Source: an uncultured archaeon
GTDB lineage: Archaea; Aenigmatarchaeota; Aenigmatarchaeia; QMZP01
Length of the DNA stretch: 64,000 nt
Reading direction: 5' to 3'
Assembly (NCBI GenBank): GCA_964484305.1
Contig: CAZAEI010000003.1
Coordinates: forward strand, 4,672-68,671
A program made the translations under genes and the position numbers. Below are positions 44,261 to 53,118 of this stretch, piece after piece. A model generated the notes under the pieces. It was not told where the DNA came from, ran no database searches, and saw only the letters and a program-made list of their open reading frames with translations. How positions within the stretch are numbered: position 1 is the first letter of the stretch; each line of letters begins with the position of its first letter.

Positions 44261-44614
44261 ATGTCCTATACCCTTCTGTTCCAAAAAACATATGACCTTG
44301 TAAAGTGGATATACCCAACTGTCAACAAATTTCCTCGGAAACAGAGACTTACTCTCTCACAGAGAATTGAGGTAACCACAATCAGAATACTCGAATTGGT
44401 TATTGATCTCAGTGACCGAGATACTGCAGTTAACAGAAAGAAAATCCTCCATGAACTTCATAAACTCCAGATTCTCCTGCGTCTGTGCAAGGATCTTTCT
44501 TACCTGAGCTTCAAGCGATACGCATATGTGAGTTTCCTGATTACCGAAATAATTCAGATATTGGACAAGTGGGGGGGGGGGTCTCGTGGAGGTCTGCAGA
44601 AATTTGTTTCCTAA
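44261..44614 (+). CDS. avd: DGR accessory variability determinant (Avd; four-helix-bundle, 23S rRNA-IVS protein family)
   Basis: 117 aa from ATG 44261: MSYTLLFQKTYDLVKWIYPTVNKFPRKQRLTLSQRIE.... The longer track ORF (from 44096) merely reads through TR. Confidence 0.8.
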   Translation: MSYTLLFQKTYDLVKWIYPTVNKFPRKQRLTLSQRIEVTTIRILELVIDLSDRDTAVNRKKILHELHKLQILLRLCKDLSYLSFKRYAYVSFLITEIIQILDKWGGGSRGGLQKFVS

Positions 44615-45653
44615 GCTTTGCTCATTCAGGAATCTTGAGCTTGCATACAGAAAAGCAAGAAGAAACAAGCGATGCAAACCAGCAGTCCAGAAATTTGAAA
44701 TGCATCTGGAGCAGAACATTCTCCAGCTCAAACATGAGCTTGAAACAGGAGCATACACTCCCCGTCCACTCAGACAATTTGTTATCCGAGATACAAAGAC
44801 AAGGGTGATTTCCGCTTCCCGTTTCAGGGACAGGGTAGTTCATCACGCTCTGTGTAATACCATCCAGCCAATCCTTGAGAAATCATTCATTCATGATTCC
44901 TGCGCAAACCAGATAGGGAAAGGGGCGAGCAGAGCATTAGAACGGTTTGATACATTCAAGAGAAGGGTCTCGGAAAACGGCAGACTTGTGAACAAACCAA
45001 TCACCACTAGCATAGTGATTGGATACGTATTGAAAGCAGATATCAGGCATTATTTTGATACTGTTGATCACGAGGTGTTGCTTACCATCATCCAAAAGAA
45101 AGTCAAGGACAAGCGGGTAATGGGATTGATAAAGAAAATTCTGGACAATCACTACATTCCAACCCCTGGAAAAGGTATGCCTCTCGGGAATCTCACTAGC
45201 CAGTTCTTTGCAAATGTATATCTGAATGAACTTGATTATTTTGTGAAGCATATATTGAAAGCAAGACACTACATCAGATATGTTGATGATTTTGTTGTGC
45301 TGCACAAATCACGAGAGTGTTTGGAGCAACATAAAAGGCAGATTGAAGACTTTTTACAAACACTCAAACTTGAATTGCATCCAGAAAAGTCCAAGATCTA
45401 TTTGCTCTGCAAAGGAACGTCATTTCTTGGTTTTCGTGTGTTCTATCATCATAAACTTGTCAAGAAAAACAATCTGCGAAGAATGAGAAAGAGGGTTTCG
45501 GAATTTCGGTCAGTGTATGGTAAGAATGAAGAGTTTGATCAAGAAATATTGAGAAGTTTTACCGGTTGGTGCGCTTATGCTATGCAGGGAGATACGTACA
45601 AGTTTCGAAAAAGAATGATGGAAGAACTCACAGGAGGCGAACATGCCCTTTAA
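44586..45653 (+). CDS. DGR-type reverse transcriptase
   Basis: 355 aa (GTG start); PLGNLTSQFFANVYLNELD (the DGR-specific SQ motif) and YVDDFVV catalytic box. Confidence 0.9.
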   Translation: MEVCRNLFPKLCSFRNLELAYRKARRNKRCKPAVQKFEMHLEQNILQLKHELETGAYTPRPLRQFVIRDTKTRVISASRFRDRVVHHALCNTIQPILEKSFIHDSCANQIGKGASRALERFDTFKRRVSENGRLVNKPITTSIVIGYVLKADIRHYFDTVDHEVLLTIIQKKVKDKRVMGLIKKILDNHYIPTPGKGMPLGNLTSQFFANVYLNELDYFVKHILKARHYIRYVDDFVVLHKSRECLEQHKRQIEDFLQTLKLELHPEKSKIYLLCKGTSFLGFRVFYHHKLVKKNNLRRMRKRVSEFRSVYGKNEEFDQEILRSFTGWCAYAMQGDTYKFRKRMMEELTGGEHAL

Positions 45654-45729
45654 CGGCCTTTAAATATGTTTTTCCGTACACGCTTTTGTGGAAGTGGTAT
45701 CGACAGCTATGTCATTAACTTTGTTGGTG

Positions 45730-45855
45730 GCGCGTGCCGAAGGCACTGCGCTGGCGAGACGTGCCGGTTACCGAAGGTAATCTTGTGGCTTTGCCGCGAG
45801 AGTTGTGCCACATCTCTTATGCTAGGGCACAAGACTGCCTGCTCCGAAGGAGCAG
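45730..45855 (+). other. cluster of four stable hairpins downstream of the RT gene (candidate structured RNA or bidirectional terminator)
   Basis: H1 45730-45751 gcgcgtgcc-gaa-ggcac(t)gcgc. H2 45766-45782 ggttacc-gaa-ggtaatc. H3 45803-45832 ttgtgcc...ggcacaa. H4 45839-45855 ctgctcc-gaa-ggagcag. Three of them share a CC-GAA-GG apex. Confidence 0.35.
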
Positions 45856-45887
45856 CGTAAAGGCACAGTAACTCCTGTAAAAGGGTG

Positions 45888-46181
45888 TTAAACAACACGG
45901 GGTCCCCTGATGTAGCCGTCTTCCCTGTTCCTGAGGTTCCTGAGAAGCCTCTCCCTGGGGATGCTTGGCTCCACCATGTCATCCCTCAGGACATTCCTTA
46001 GCTCCACTGGCTGGAAGGTGGGCTTTACCCCCTTTGTGGGGATTTTCTGTAGGGTCCTGAATGCCGAGAGGACATCGTCCAGGTCCCTGGAGAGCCTGGC
46101 CAGCTCACTCTCTGTCAGGTCGAGCCTGGCAAGCCCGGCCACCCTCTTGACTGTCTTTCTGTCCACCACCACAATATCCAC
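45888..46181 (-). CDS. gatC: Asp/Glu-tRNA amidotransferase subunit C
   Basis: 97 aa; VKRVAGLARLDLTESELARLSRDLDDVLSAFRTLQKI... Confidence 0.85.
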   Translation of the reverse strand: MDIVVVDRKTVKRVAGLARLDLTESELARLSRDLDDVLSAFRTLQKIPTKGVKPTFQPVELRNVLRDDMVEPSIPRERLLRNLRNREDGYIRGPRVV

Positions 46182-46202
46182 CCAGGTTTCTTGGTTAACC
46201 CT

Positions 46203-47366
46203 TCACTCCCCTTGTTTATGTTGCCTTTCGGGGCTTAATAACCTTAACGCCTCCTCGGGCTTCCCGTGGACGAGGAGGTCGAACACACCCTCATATATCT
46301 CCTGTTCAAGGCCAGCCTCCCCGAGGTTCTGTCTGAGGAGCTTCCTTCCGAGCTCCTGGACAGAGATGGTATGCTCCCTGATGCCCACTGCCTGGGGCTT
46401 CTCCTCCCCCGTCTCATGCCTAACCGAGAGGATGGTCCTGTCCCCGAATCTTGAGTTCAGGCCGGGCAGGTCAGGGACCATGCCCCTTACCCTTATGAGG
46501 GGCTTCTTTTTGTGCGGGTGTTCCAGCAGACTCTCCAGTTCGGCCTCGAGCCTCTCCTGGGAGCCCTGGTGCTCAAGATAGTAGACCCTTCTCTGGACCT
46601 CCAGGGGGATGAATGCGGCATCGCCTGATTTCGTGTCGAATATCCAGAAGCCCTTGGGGGCGACAGCCTCCCTTGTGAGCTGGGTGGTTGTGAGGGAGCC
46701 CGGTATGAGGAGGGGCGAGCCCGAGTAGCTGGACTTCTTGCTTTCGTGGACATGGCCGAGCACATAGAGGTCGAAGCCCTTGGGAAGCCTTTCCAGTGGA
46801 AGGAGATGCTCCGCATAGATGAAGGGCGAGATGGACTGGTGCAGCATCATGATGCTGAAGCATCCCCTCTGGGGCCTGGGGTTCCACCTCTGCAGGACAG
46901 CCCCTGAGAACTGTTCAGGGACCCCGGACATGCCCTGGATGCATACCTGCTCCCCGGCCTTCTCCAGGATTACGCCGTTGCAGTGCAGGTATATAAGGAA
47001 TCCAGCCTTCTCCAGGGCCTGGACAGGGTTTATCAGACCCCTGACCCTCCTCTCATGGGTCCCGTGTATGGCGACAACCGGTATGCCCTGCTGGTGCAGG
47101 GGGGTGAGCTCCTCCACATTTTTGCCTATTCCGCGGACGAGCCTCGTGCCGTTTTCGGCAGCAAGGGGCTTTATGAGGAGCTCCATGCCCCTTGTCAGGG
47201 TCTCTGTGGAGGGGGTCCTGCTGTCGAACAGGTCCCCGGCCACGAGGATGAGGTCGCATCCCATGGCCTTGTCCAGGGCCTCACCAAGGGCCTCGAAGGG
47301 GTCACTGGCAAGCTCGCTTCCCGAGCCGTATCCCAGATGGAAGTCAGATATTATGGCCAGCTTCAT
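46203..47366 (-). CDS. mre11: Mre11-type DNA repair metallophosphoesterase
   Basis: MKLAIISDFHLG, VAGDLFD, AIHGTHERR, LGHVHE phosphoesterase motifs. Start taken at MKLAII (47366). Confidence 0.85.
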   Translation of the reverse strand: MKLAIISDFHLGYGSGSELASDPFEALGEALDKAMGCDLILVAGDLFDSRTPSTETLTRGMELLIKPLAAENGTRLVRGIGKNVEELTPLHQQGIPVVAIHGTHERRVRGLINPVQALEKAGFLIYLHCNGVILEKAGEQVCIQGMSGVPEQFSGAVLQRWNPRPQRGCFSIMMLHQSISPFIYAEHLLPLERLPKGFDLYVLGHVHESKKSSYSGSPLLIPGSLTTTQLTREAVAPKGFWIFDTKSGDAAFIPLEVQRRVYYLEHQGSQERLEAELESLLEHPHKKKPLIRVRGMVPDLPGLNSRFGDRTILSVRHETGEEKPQAVGIREHTISVQELGRKLLRQNLGEAGLEQEIYEGVFDLLVHGKPEEALRLLSPERQHKQGE

Positions 47367-47422
47367 GGTATCCCTTGAGAATATACTCACAAACAATTTA
47401 AAATCCCCTGCCAATTATATCC

Positions 47423-47872
47423 ATGAAGCTTGACATCAAGGAATTCGAAGGGAAGGTAAAGCCAATAAGGGACACTGACACATATTCTGTGCACGACCTT
47501 GAATACCTTGACCACCTCAATGTCTCCATGACCATACTCCACCCGGGAAAGTCCACAGCGGGCCACGAGCACGAGGGGATAGATGAGGTCTATGTTGTGA
47601 TGGACGGCAGGGGGGAACTGCAGCTCGATGAGAAGAGGTTTCCCATAGACACGGGCGACATAATCCTTATAAGGGGCGGGCAGTACCACCAGAGCTTCAA
47701 CACAAGCAGTGAGGACCTTGTTTTCATATGCATATTCGAGAAATATGAGGGCAGGGGAGGAAGCAAGCCCGTGAAATACGCTGGGCAGGCTGACCAGCCC
47801 GGGAAGCCGAAGGCGGATATCGAAAGGCTCAAGAAGGATCTGATGGAGACCATAGAGAGGGATACCAGCTAA
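47423..47872 (+). CDS. cupin domain protein (cupin-type sugar-phosphate isomerase-like)
   Basis: 149 aa; GKSTAGHEHEGIDEVYVVMDGRGELQL resembles the TxGHxH...E.Y cupin metal site. Confidence 0.7.
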   Translation: MKLDIKEFEGKVKPIRDTDTYSVHDLEYLDHLNVSMTILHPGKSTAGHEHEGIDEVYVVMDGRGELQLDEKRFPIDTGDIILIRGGQYHQSFNTSSEDLVFICIFEKYEGRGGSKPVKYAGQADQPGKPKADIERLKKDLMETIERDTS

Positions 47873-47900
47873 GCCGATTTCATGGGGTTTCTTTCCCGGC

Positions 47901-49052
47901 CTACCTGAAGCTCACCAGAACCAGGGACACCAGTGCAGCCAGGATGAATGTTGACCTGATTATTTCCGCGGTCCCGAAATCCAGGGCCGCTGCAATCAGT
48001 ATAAGGACCAGTATGGGAATGCCCTGTCCCAGGTAAAGCCAGAAGTGCCTGAATACCACGCTGTTGGGGGCCCCCTTCTTCTTGGCGAACTCGACGAAGT
48101 CAGCATAAATGGATATGGATAACGAAGTTATGATGAAGCCGCCAATCAGTGAGAGCACCATGAACTCGAGTTCCGAGTCGGCAAGGAACCTCATGACCCA
48201 GAGGCCTGCGCAGAGGAAGGCCCCTATCCGGGTGACCCTCCTCCTCCCCCTCATGGTGTTGCTGGCATGCCCAACCAGGAGCGTGAATATAATCATGCCC
48301 ATGCCCATCAGGGAGGCCGCAATGCCCAGGGAGATGAAGCCGTAATTTATGAACACATGGAGGGACCAGAAGACAAAGTCGGCAGTGGATACAATCCCCA
48401 GGACAAAGTAGTACAGTGCACGCCTCATGTCCATCGAGAGGTTTATGTTCTTCAGCCTGAACAGGCCGATCCTGTAGTCGCTTGAAAGGAACAGGGGAAC
48501 GACAGAGAGGAATATGATGCCCACGGAGACTGCAAAGAGCCAGTGGAAACCCATGAGGGTGAGGACCGCTGCCCCGGCAAGGGGCCCCATGACAGCGGCC
48601 ATGTAGGGAAGCCCGTAGAGGAGTCCGGTCTCCTCACCCTTCCTTACCCTGTCAGAGGCATTGACATACTCTATATTGAACGAGACCCAGTAGAGGGAGG
48701 CTGACATGCCGCCCAGAAGGACAGCGGGCCAGTAGAGCCCCGGCAGGCCTTCGATGTTCATGACCATGGCAAGGTATGATATCAGTATGGGTGCCCTCAG
48801 GAGGATAGTGTGCTTGACCCCTATACGGGCATCTATCCTGGCTGAGAGCGTGCAGAGGAAAGCCGACACAATAGACTGGACGAGCACGAATGCAGCCGTC
48901 TCCGCGAGGCTGTACCCAATCTCCAGAAGGTATGCGGGAATGAAGATGCATATCAGGAAGAGGCCGAAGGTCTCTATTATCTGGTTGCTGTATATCTCCT
49001 TGAGCTCCCTCTTCAGGTGGGGAATTTTGTGCAGCCTGTAGAAGTTGTGCAT
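47901..49052 (-). CDS. MFS-type transporter (paralogue of 19697-20836)
   Basis: 383 aa, multi-TM; N-terminal similarity to the island-encoded MFS protein. Confidence 0.8.
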   Translation of the reverse strand: MHNFYRLHKIPHLKRELKEIYSNQIIETFGLFLICIFIPAYLLEIGYSLAETAAFVLVQSIVSAFLCTLSARIDARIGVKHTILLRAPILISYLAMVMNIEGLPGLYWPAVLLGGMSASLYWVSFNIEYVNASDRVRKGEETGLLYGLPYMAAVMGPLAGAAVLTLMGFHWLFAVSVGIIFLSVVPLFLSSDYRIGLFRLKNINLSMDMRRALYYFVLGIVSTADFVFWSLHVFINYGFISLGIAASLMGMGMIIFTLLVGHASNTMRGRRRVTRIGAFLCAGLWVMRFLADSELEFMVLSLIGGFIITSLSISIYADFVEFAKKKGAPNSVVFRHFWLYLGQGIPILVLILIAAALDFGTAEIIRSTFILAALVSLVLVSFR

Positions 49053-49119
49053 TCATGAATCACCAGGAGAGTGGATATAGACCTATTGTCCCGGCCGGAA
49101 TAAAAAGGCCTTTCTCATG

Positions 49120-49380
49120 CTACTCAAGAATCTCGACCCTGCCGCCCAGGGCGTCGCCAGGGAGGCCCCTTGAGAACCTGGCTCTGAGGACACCTCTCGT
49201 GCCGTGGACCTGGGTTATCTTGCCGAATATCTCCCTGCCTGCGGGGGACTTCCAGGTCACCCTCCTGCCAATAAACCCGGAGGCCATGGCCTTGGTGTCG
49301 CACCCCCCTACCTCTATCAGGAACTGGTTTGTGGTCTGGGTGTGCCTCCCCCTTCTGTAACTAACCAGGGTTGCTTTCAT
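49120..49380 (-). CDS. rpl35ae: 50S ribosomal protein L35Ae (eL33)
   Basis: MKATLVSYRRGRHTQTTNQFLIEV...GKITQVHGTRGVLRARF; start taken at the internal Met of the track ORF. Confidence 0.85.
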   Translation of the reverse strand: MKATLVSYRRGRHTQTTNQFLIEVGGCDTKAMASGFIGRRVTWKSPAGREIFGKITQVHGTRGVLRARFSRGLPGDALGGRVEILE

Positions 49381-49416
49381 ACCAGTTATTAAACGCAGCA
49401 TGCATATAAATAGCTT

Positions 49417-49692
49417 ATGAACATCCAGGAGACTGACCAGGCCCTCATAGTTTCTGTAAGGGTTAGGCCAGATTCACCGGGATTCAGGCTCTCCAGAAGG
49501 GCTGACGGCCTGGTCATGGAGCTTGCCAGCCCTGCCCGTGAGGGCCGCGCAAACCAGGAGATAATGAGGGAGCTCCCCAGGCTCCTGAGGTGCGAGGTCA
49601 GGATACTCAGCGGCCTGAAGTCAGGGAAGAAGCTGCTCCTTCTCAGGGGCCTCACAAAACAGGACCTGGAGCTTGTGCTAGAATCCCGTTAG
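49417..49692 (+). CDS. DUF167/YggU (UPF0235) family protein
   Basis: 91 aa; LIVSVRVRPDSPGFRLS...LASPAREGRANQEIMREL pattern. Confidence 0.7.
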   Translation: MNIQETDQALIVSVRVRPDSPGFRLSRRADGLVMELASPAREGRANQEIMRELPRLLRCEVRILSGLKSGKKLLLLRGLTKQDLELVLESR

Positions 49693-50178
49693 CCAGTCTA
49701 GCACCCCGGGCCCCACTAAGTAGCCCACATAGGCCGCTATCGTGAACTGCAGGACCCTCCCGACAAGGGAGGCCAGCAGGAACTTCCTGAAGTCCAGCCC
49801 GAATATTCCAGAGGTCCAGGTGAAGACCTTGAAGGGTATCGGGGAGAAAGCCGCTATAAGGACAGCCCAGGCACCCCAGCGGTCGTACCACTTCTCGACC
49901 CTGGGTATGTGCTTCCTGAAGAGCCTCTCGGCCACGGGCCTGCCCAGCTTGAGTCCCAGGGCATAGCCTATAACAGCCCCTATCAGGGAGCCGGCAGTGG
50001 CGACCAGGATTATGGTCACGGGGTCAATGCCCATGGCCGTGAACGGGGCGATAAAGGTGGCGGTGGGGACAGGGAATATAAAGGATTCCAGGACAGCAAT
50101 GACAAAGGCCCCTGCAAGGCCGTAGGCCTGCACAAAGGCCTGGACCCACAGAATGAATTCCCCTAACACCCGAATCAC
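49678..50178 (-). CDS. DedA/SNARE-associated (YqaA-like) membrane protein
   Basis: 166 aa; LESFIFPVPTATFIAP..., AFSPIPFKVFTWTSG. Confidence 0.8.
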   Translation of the reverse strand: MIRVLGEFILWVQAFVQAYGLAGAFVIAVLESFIFPVPTATFIAPFTAMGIDPVTIILVATAGSLIGAVIGYALGLKLGRPVAERLFRKHIPRVEKWYDRWGAWAVLIAAFSPIPFKVFTWTSGIFGLDFRKFLLASLVGRVLQFTIAAYVGYLVGPGVLDWLTGF

Positions 50179-50220
50179 TTAATAGAATTAGGCCTGGCCT
50201 CTTAATAAATGGAGGTGGGT

Positions 50221-51531
50221 TCAGGATGTCACGAACCCGTCCCTGCCCGTCTCCATCTCCACTGGTATCTTTATGGGGTTCTCATGGCCTTCCTGGCCCC
50301 CGGCCCCCTCTGGCTTTTCTTCCCGGCCGGGCCCGGCCGCCCCGCCTTGGTCAGGAGCGGCCTGTATCTCTGGAAGCCCCGCGGCCCTCCTAAGTTCCCC
50401 GGCCCTGTCTGTCCGCTCCCAGGTGAAGTCAGGGTCATTCCGGCCGAAGTGGCCGTAGGCAGCTGTCTTTCTGAAGATGGGCTTCCTCAAATCCAGGTAC
50501 CTGATTATCTCTGCAGGCCTGAGGTCGAACTGCTGCTCCACAATCTCCCTGAGCTTCTCATCAGGGACCTTCCCGGTCCTGAAGGTATTCACCATCAGGG
50601 AGACCGGCTTCGCTACCCCGATGGCATAGGCTATCTGGATTTCGCACCTGTCCGCAAGCCCCGCTGCCACGATGTTCTTGGCTATGTGCCTGGCCATGTA
50701 GGAGGCTGACCTGTCCACCTTGCTTGGGTCCTTTCCTGAGAAGGCGCCGCCCCCGTGGGAGCCGTGGCCCCCGTAGGTATCGACTATGATTTTCCTTCCC
50801 GTGAGGCCGGAGTCTCCCGGCGGCCCGCCTATCACGAACCTTCCGGTGGGGTTGATGTGGAAGGTCGTCTTCTCGTCTGTCCAGTCCCCACACACCGGTC
50901 TTATTATCTCCTCCATTATCCCCTTTCTGATATCCTCATCTGCTATGTCCGGGGAATGCTGCGCGGCTATCACGACAGTCTCCACCCTCAGGGGGGTCCC
51001 GTTGTCATACTCGACAGTCACCTGGGACTTGCCGTCAGGCCTCAGCCACGGAAGGGTTCCACTCTTCCTGGCCTCTGTGAGCTTCATGGCAAGCTTGTGG
51101 GCGAGTGTGATGGGAAGCGGCATGTATTCAGGGGTTTCATTGCTGGCGTAGCCGAACATGAGGCCCTGGTCCCCTGCTCCCTGCTCCTTATGGAGGCCTT
51201 CCCCTTCTGATACCCCCTGGGAGATGTCAGGGCTCTGCTCGTGGAGGGAGACCAAGACCGCGCACTGGTCAGCATTAAAGCAGTACTCAGGCTTGTCGTA
51301 ACCGACATCCCTGACCGTGTCCCTTACTACTGATTGGACATCTATGTATCCCTTGGTTGTGACCTCCCCCGCAATGACTATCAGTCCTGTGGTTGTCAGG
51401 GTCTCCACAGCCACCCTTGAATAGGGATCTTGTTTTATCAGTTCGTCCAGAACAGCATCCGATATCTGGTCGGCGATTTTATCGGGATGTCCAGGGGTTA
51501 CTGATTCTGAAGTAAACAAATACGTTGCCAT
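50221..51531 (-). CDS. metK: S-adenosylmethionine synthetase, bacterial/eukaryal MetK type, with low-complexity C-terminal extension
   Basis: [63 protein letters not shown]. The ATG at 51531 lies 7 nt after AGGAGG. Confidence 0.95.
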   Translation of the reverse strand: MATYLFTSESVTPGHPDKIADQISDAVLDELIKQDPYSRVAVETLTTTGLIVIAGEVTTKGYIDVQSVVRDTVRDVGYDKPEYCFNADQCAVLVSLHEQSPDISQGVSEGEGLHKEQGAGDQGLMFGYASNETPEYMPLPITLAHKLAMKLTEARKSGTLPWLRPDGKSQVTVEYDNGTPLRVETVVIAAQHSPDIADEDIRKGIMEEIIRPVCGDWTDEKTTFHINPTGRFVIGGPPGDSGLTGRKIIVDTYGGHGSHGGGAFSGKDPSKVDRSASYMARHIAKNIVAAGLADRCEIQIAYAIGVAKPVSLMVNTFRTGKVPDEKLREIVEQQFDLRPAEIIRYLDLRKPIFRKTAAYGHFGRNDPDFTWERTDRAGELRRAAGLPEIQAAPDQGGAAGPGREEKPEGAGGQEGHENPIKIPVEMETGRDGFVTS

Positions 51532-51533
51532 AT

Positions 51534-52499
51534 TCAACCTCCTCCCTTAGCTTCTAAAAAGATTTTATATTGTTGGTATTTTCTCTGTAAAAACAGATGA
51601 GCGTCTTTGTATATCCAGTCCGCTAGTCCCTTACCTCTACTACATGAATACTGAACTATGAATGTATTATTGCTTATTTTTCGGATTCTAGAAACAACAC
51701 CAAGATTTTCTCTAATTTTTTCTACCATCTTCTTCAAGAACTCTGGTGAACCAGAAGAAACCGTTATTTCAAAATAAGGGCTTCTTTTTCTTTCAACATA
51801 TCTTACATTTCCATCACCATCAATAATACCCCTAATAAAATGTCGTAGATAGTCTGTTGGTATATCCGGGAATTTTACTATAAGAGATTTTCGGGGAATA
51901 ACTCCTAGCTCCATAAGTCTCAAACATATTTTCTTATTATTTACTATCAATCTGTTCGATTTTGTCTTTTCAGCATAAAGTAAAGGCTTTGTGCTTAGAA
52001 GTAGTTTTCTTATTCTTACCAGATGAATTCTATCTTTTTCTGATGCTGTTATTGTAAGAGATTGGTAACCTTTTGAAGGATTCCAAGCCACATTCCCATC
52101 AGCAAATATATAACCCAGAATATATGCTGAATCTTCGTTCCATTCATTAAAAAAAGATTCGTTAACGGTGTGTTTTTTGTGGCGAAACCCCAGCTCTGCA
52201 CTCCATTTGTTTATCGTTGTCTTCCCCACACCCAATCTTCTTGCTATCTCCCTCTGTGAGACTTTTCCTAAATTCGATTCAATAAAGGAGATCATTGACT
52301 GTTTTTTCTTTGGATCGATTTTTGTGCCCATAGATAGATTTATGGTTTTATCGCATAAATATGTCGGGTGACCTTCTATATATGGCTCTGAATCATATAA
52401 GCACAATTCCATGCTAATCATCTTAATCTTTCCAACCCAGCGAGACTGGATTAAGAAAATCTTATAAATCCACCCATTTATATAAGTTTCAATATACAA
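51534..52499 (-). CDS. free-standing double-motif LAGLIDADG homing endonuclease with N-terminal HTH
   Basis: 321 aa; [10 protein letters not shown] and [11 protein letters not shown] motifs; [22 protein letters not shown]. Strongly AT-rich. Its last codons (GGA GGA GGT TGA) supply the metK Shine-Dalgarno. Confidence 0.85.
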   Translation of the reverse strand: MYIETYINGWIYKIFLIQSRWVGKIKMISMELCLYDSEPYIEGHPTYLCDKTINLSMGTKIDPKKKQSMISFIESNLGKVSQREIARRLGVGKTTINKWSAELGFRHKKHTVNESFFNEWNEDSAYILGYIFADGNVAWNPSKGYQSLTITASEKDRIHLVRIRKLLLSTKPLLYAEKTKSNRLIVNNKKICLRLMELGVIPRKSLIVKFPDIPTDYLRHFIRGIIDGDGNVRYVERKRSPYFEITVSSGSPEFLKKMVEKIRENLGVVSRIRKISNNTFIVQYSCSRGKGLADWIYKDAHLFLQRKYQQYKIFLEAKGGG

Positions 52500-52577
52500 T
52501 AGTATAATTCAATAACCACCAGTTATAATCAGCGCATGCCTGACCAGGCCAACAGGGCCGGGCAGGGAGGAAGGGGA

Positions 52578-53108
52578 ATGCTGATAACAAGCAGGCTGAT
52601 AAGGGAGCTCAGGAACGAGGCAGGGCTTTCCCAGGCCAGCCTGGCCAAGCTGGCCAAGCTGTCCCAGGCCCACATAGCCAAGATAGAGGCCGGCAAGGTC
52701 GACCCGAGGCTCTCAACAGTGAACAGGATTCTTTATATACTGGAGAGCAGGGAGAGGAGGAAGCGCTGCAGGAGCGTCATGAACCCGAACATAATCTCCA
52801 CTGACCCGGACATGCTTGTGTATGAAACCATAAAAATCATGCACGAGCACAAGATATCCCAGATTCCTGTCATGAAGGGCCAGGTTCAGGTGGGGAGCAT
52901 AGACGAGGCCACCATAATCAAGAACATGGGGCGCAACCTGAAAAGGCTCCAGGTAAAGCACATAATAGACAGGCCCTTTCCCGTGGTGGATGTCAGGGAC
53001 CCTGTGGAGGTAATCAAGCCCCTCCTGGACTTCCATCCTGCGGTCCTGGTCGCAGAGAAGGGGAAAATCAGGGGAATCATAACAAAGAGCGACCTGCTGA
53101 GGGTGTAG
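52578..53108 (+). CDS. XRE-type HTH + CBS-pair domain regulator
   Basis: LRNEAGLSQASLAKLAKLSQAHIAKIEAGKVDP followed by two CBS motifs; start taken at MLITS. Confidence 0.8.
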   Translation: MLITSRLIRELRNEAGLSQASLAKLAKLSQAHIAKIEAGKVDPRLSTVNRILYILESRERRKRCRSVMNPNIISTDPDMLVYETIKIMHEHKISQIPVMKGQVQVGSIDEATIIKNMGRNLKRLQVKHIIDRPFPVVDVRDPVEVIKPLLDFHPAVLVAEKGKIRGIITKSDLLRV

Positions 53109-53118
53109 AATCCCAAAT

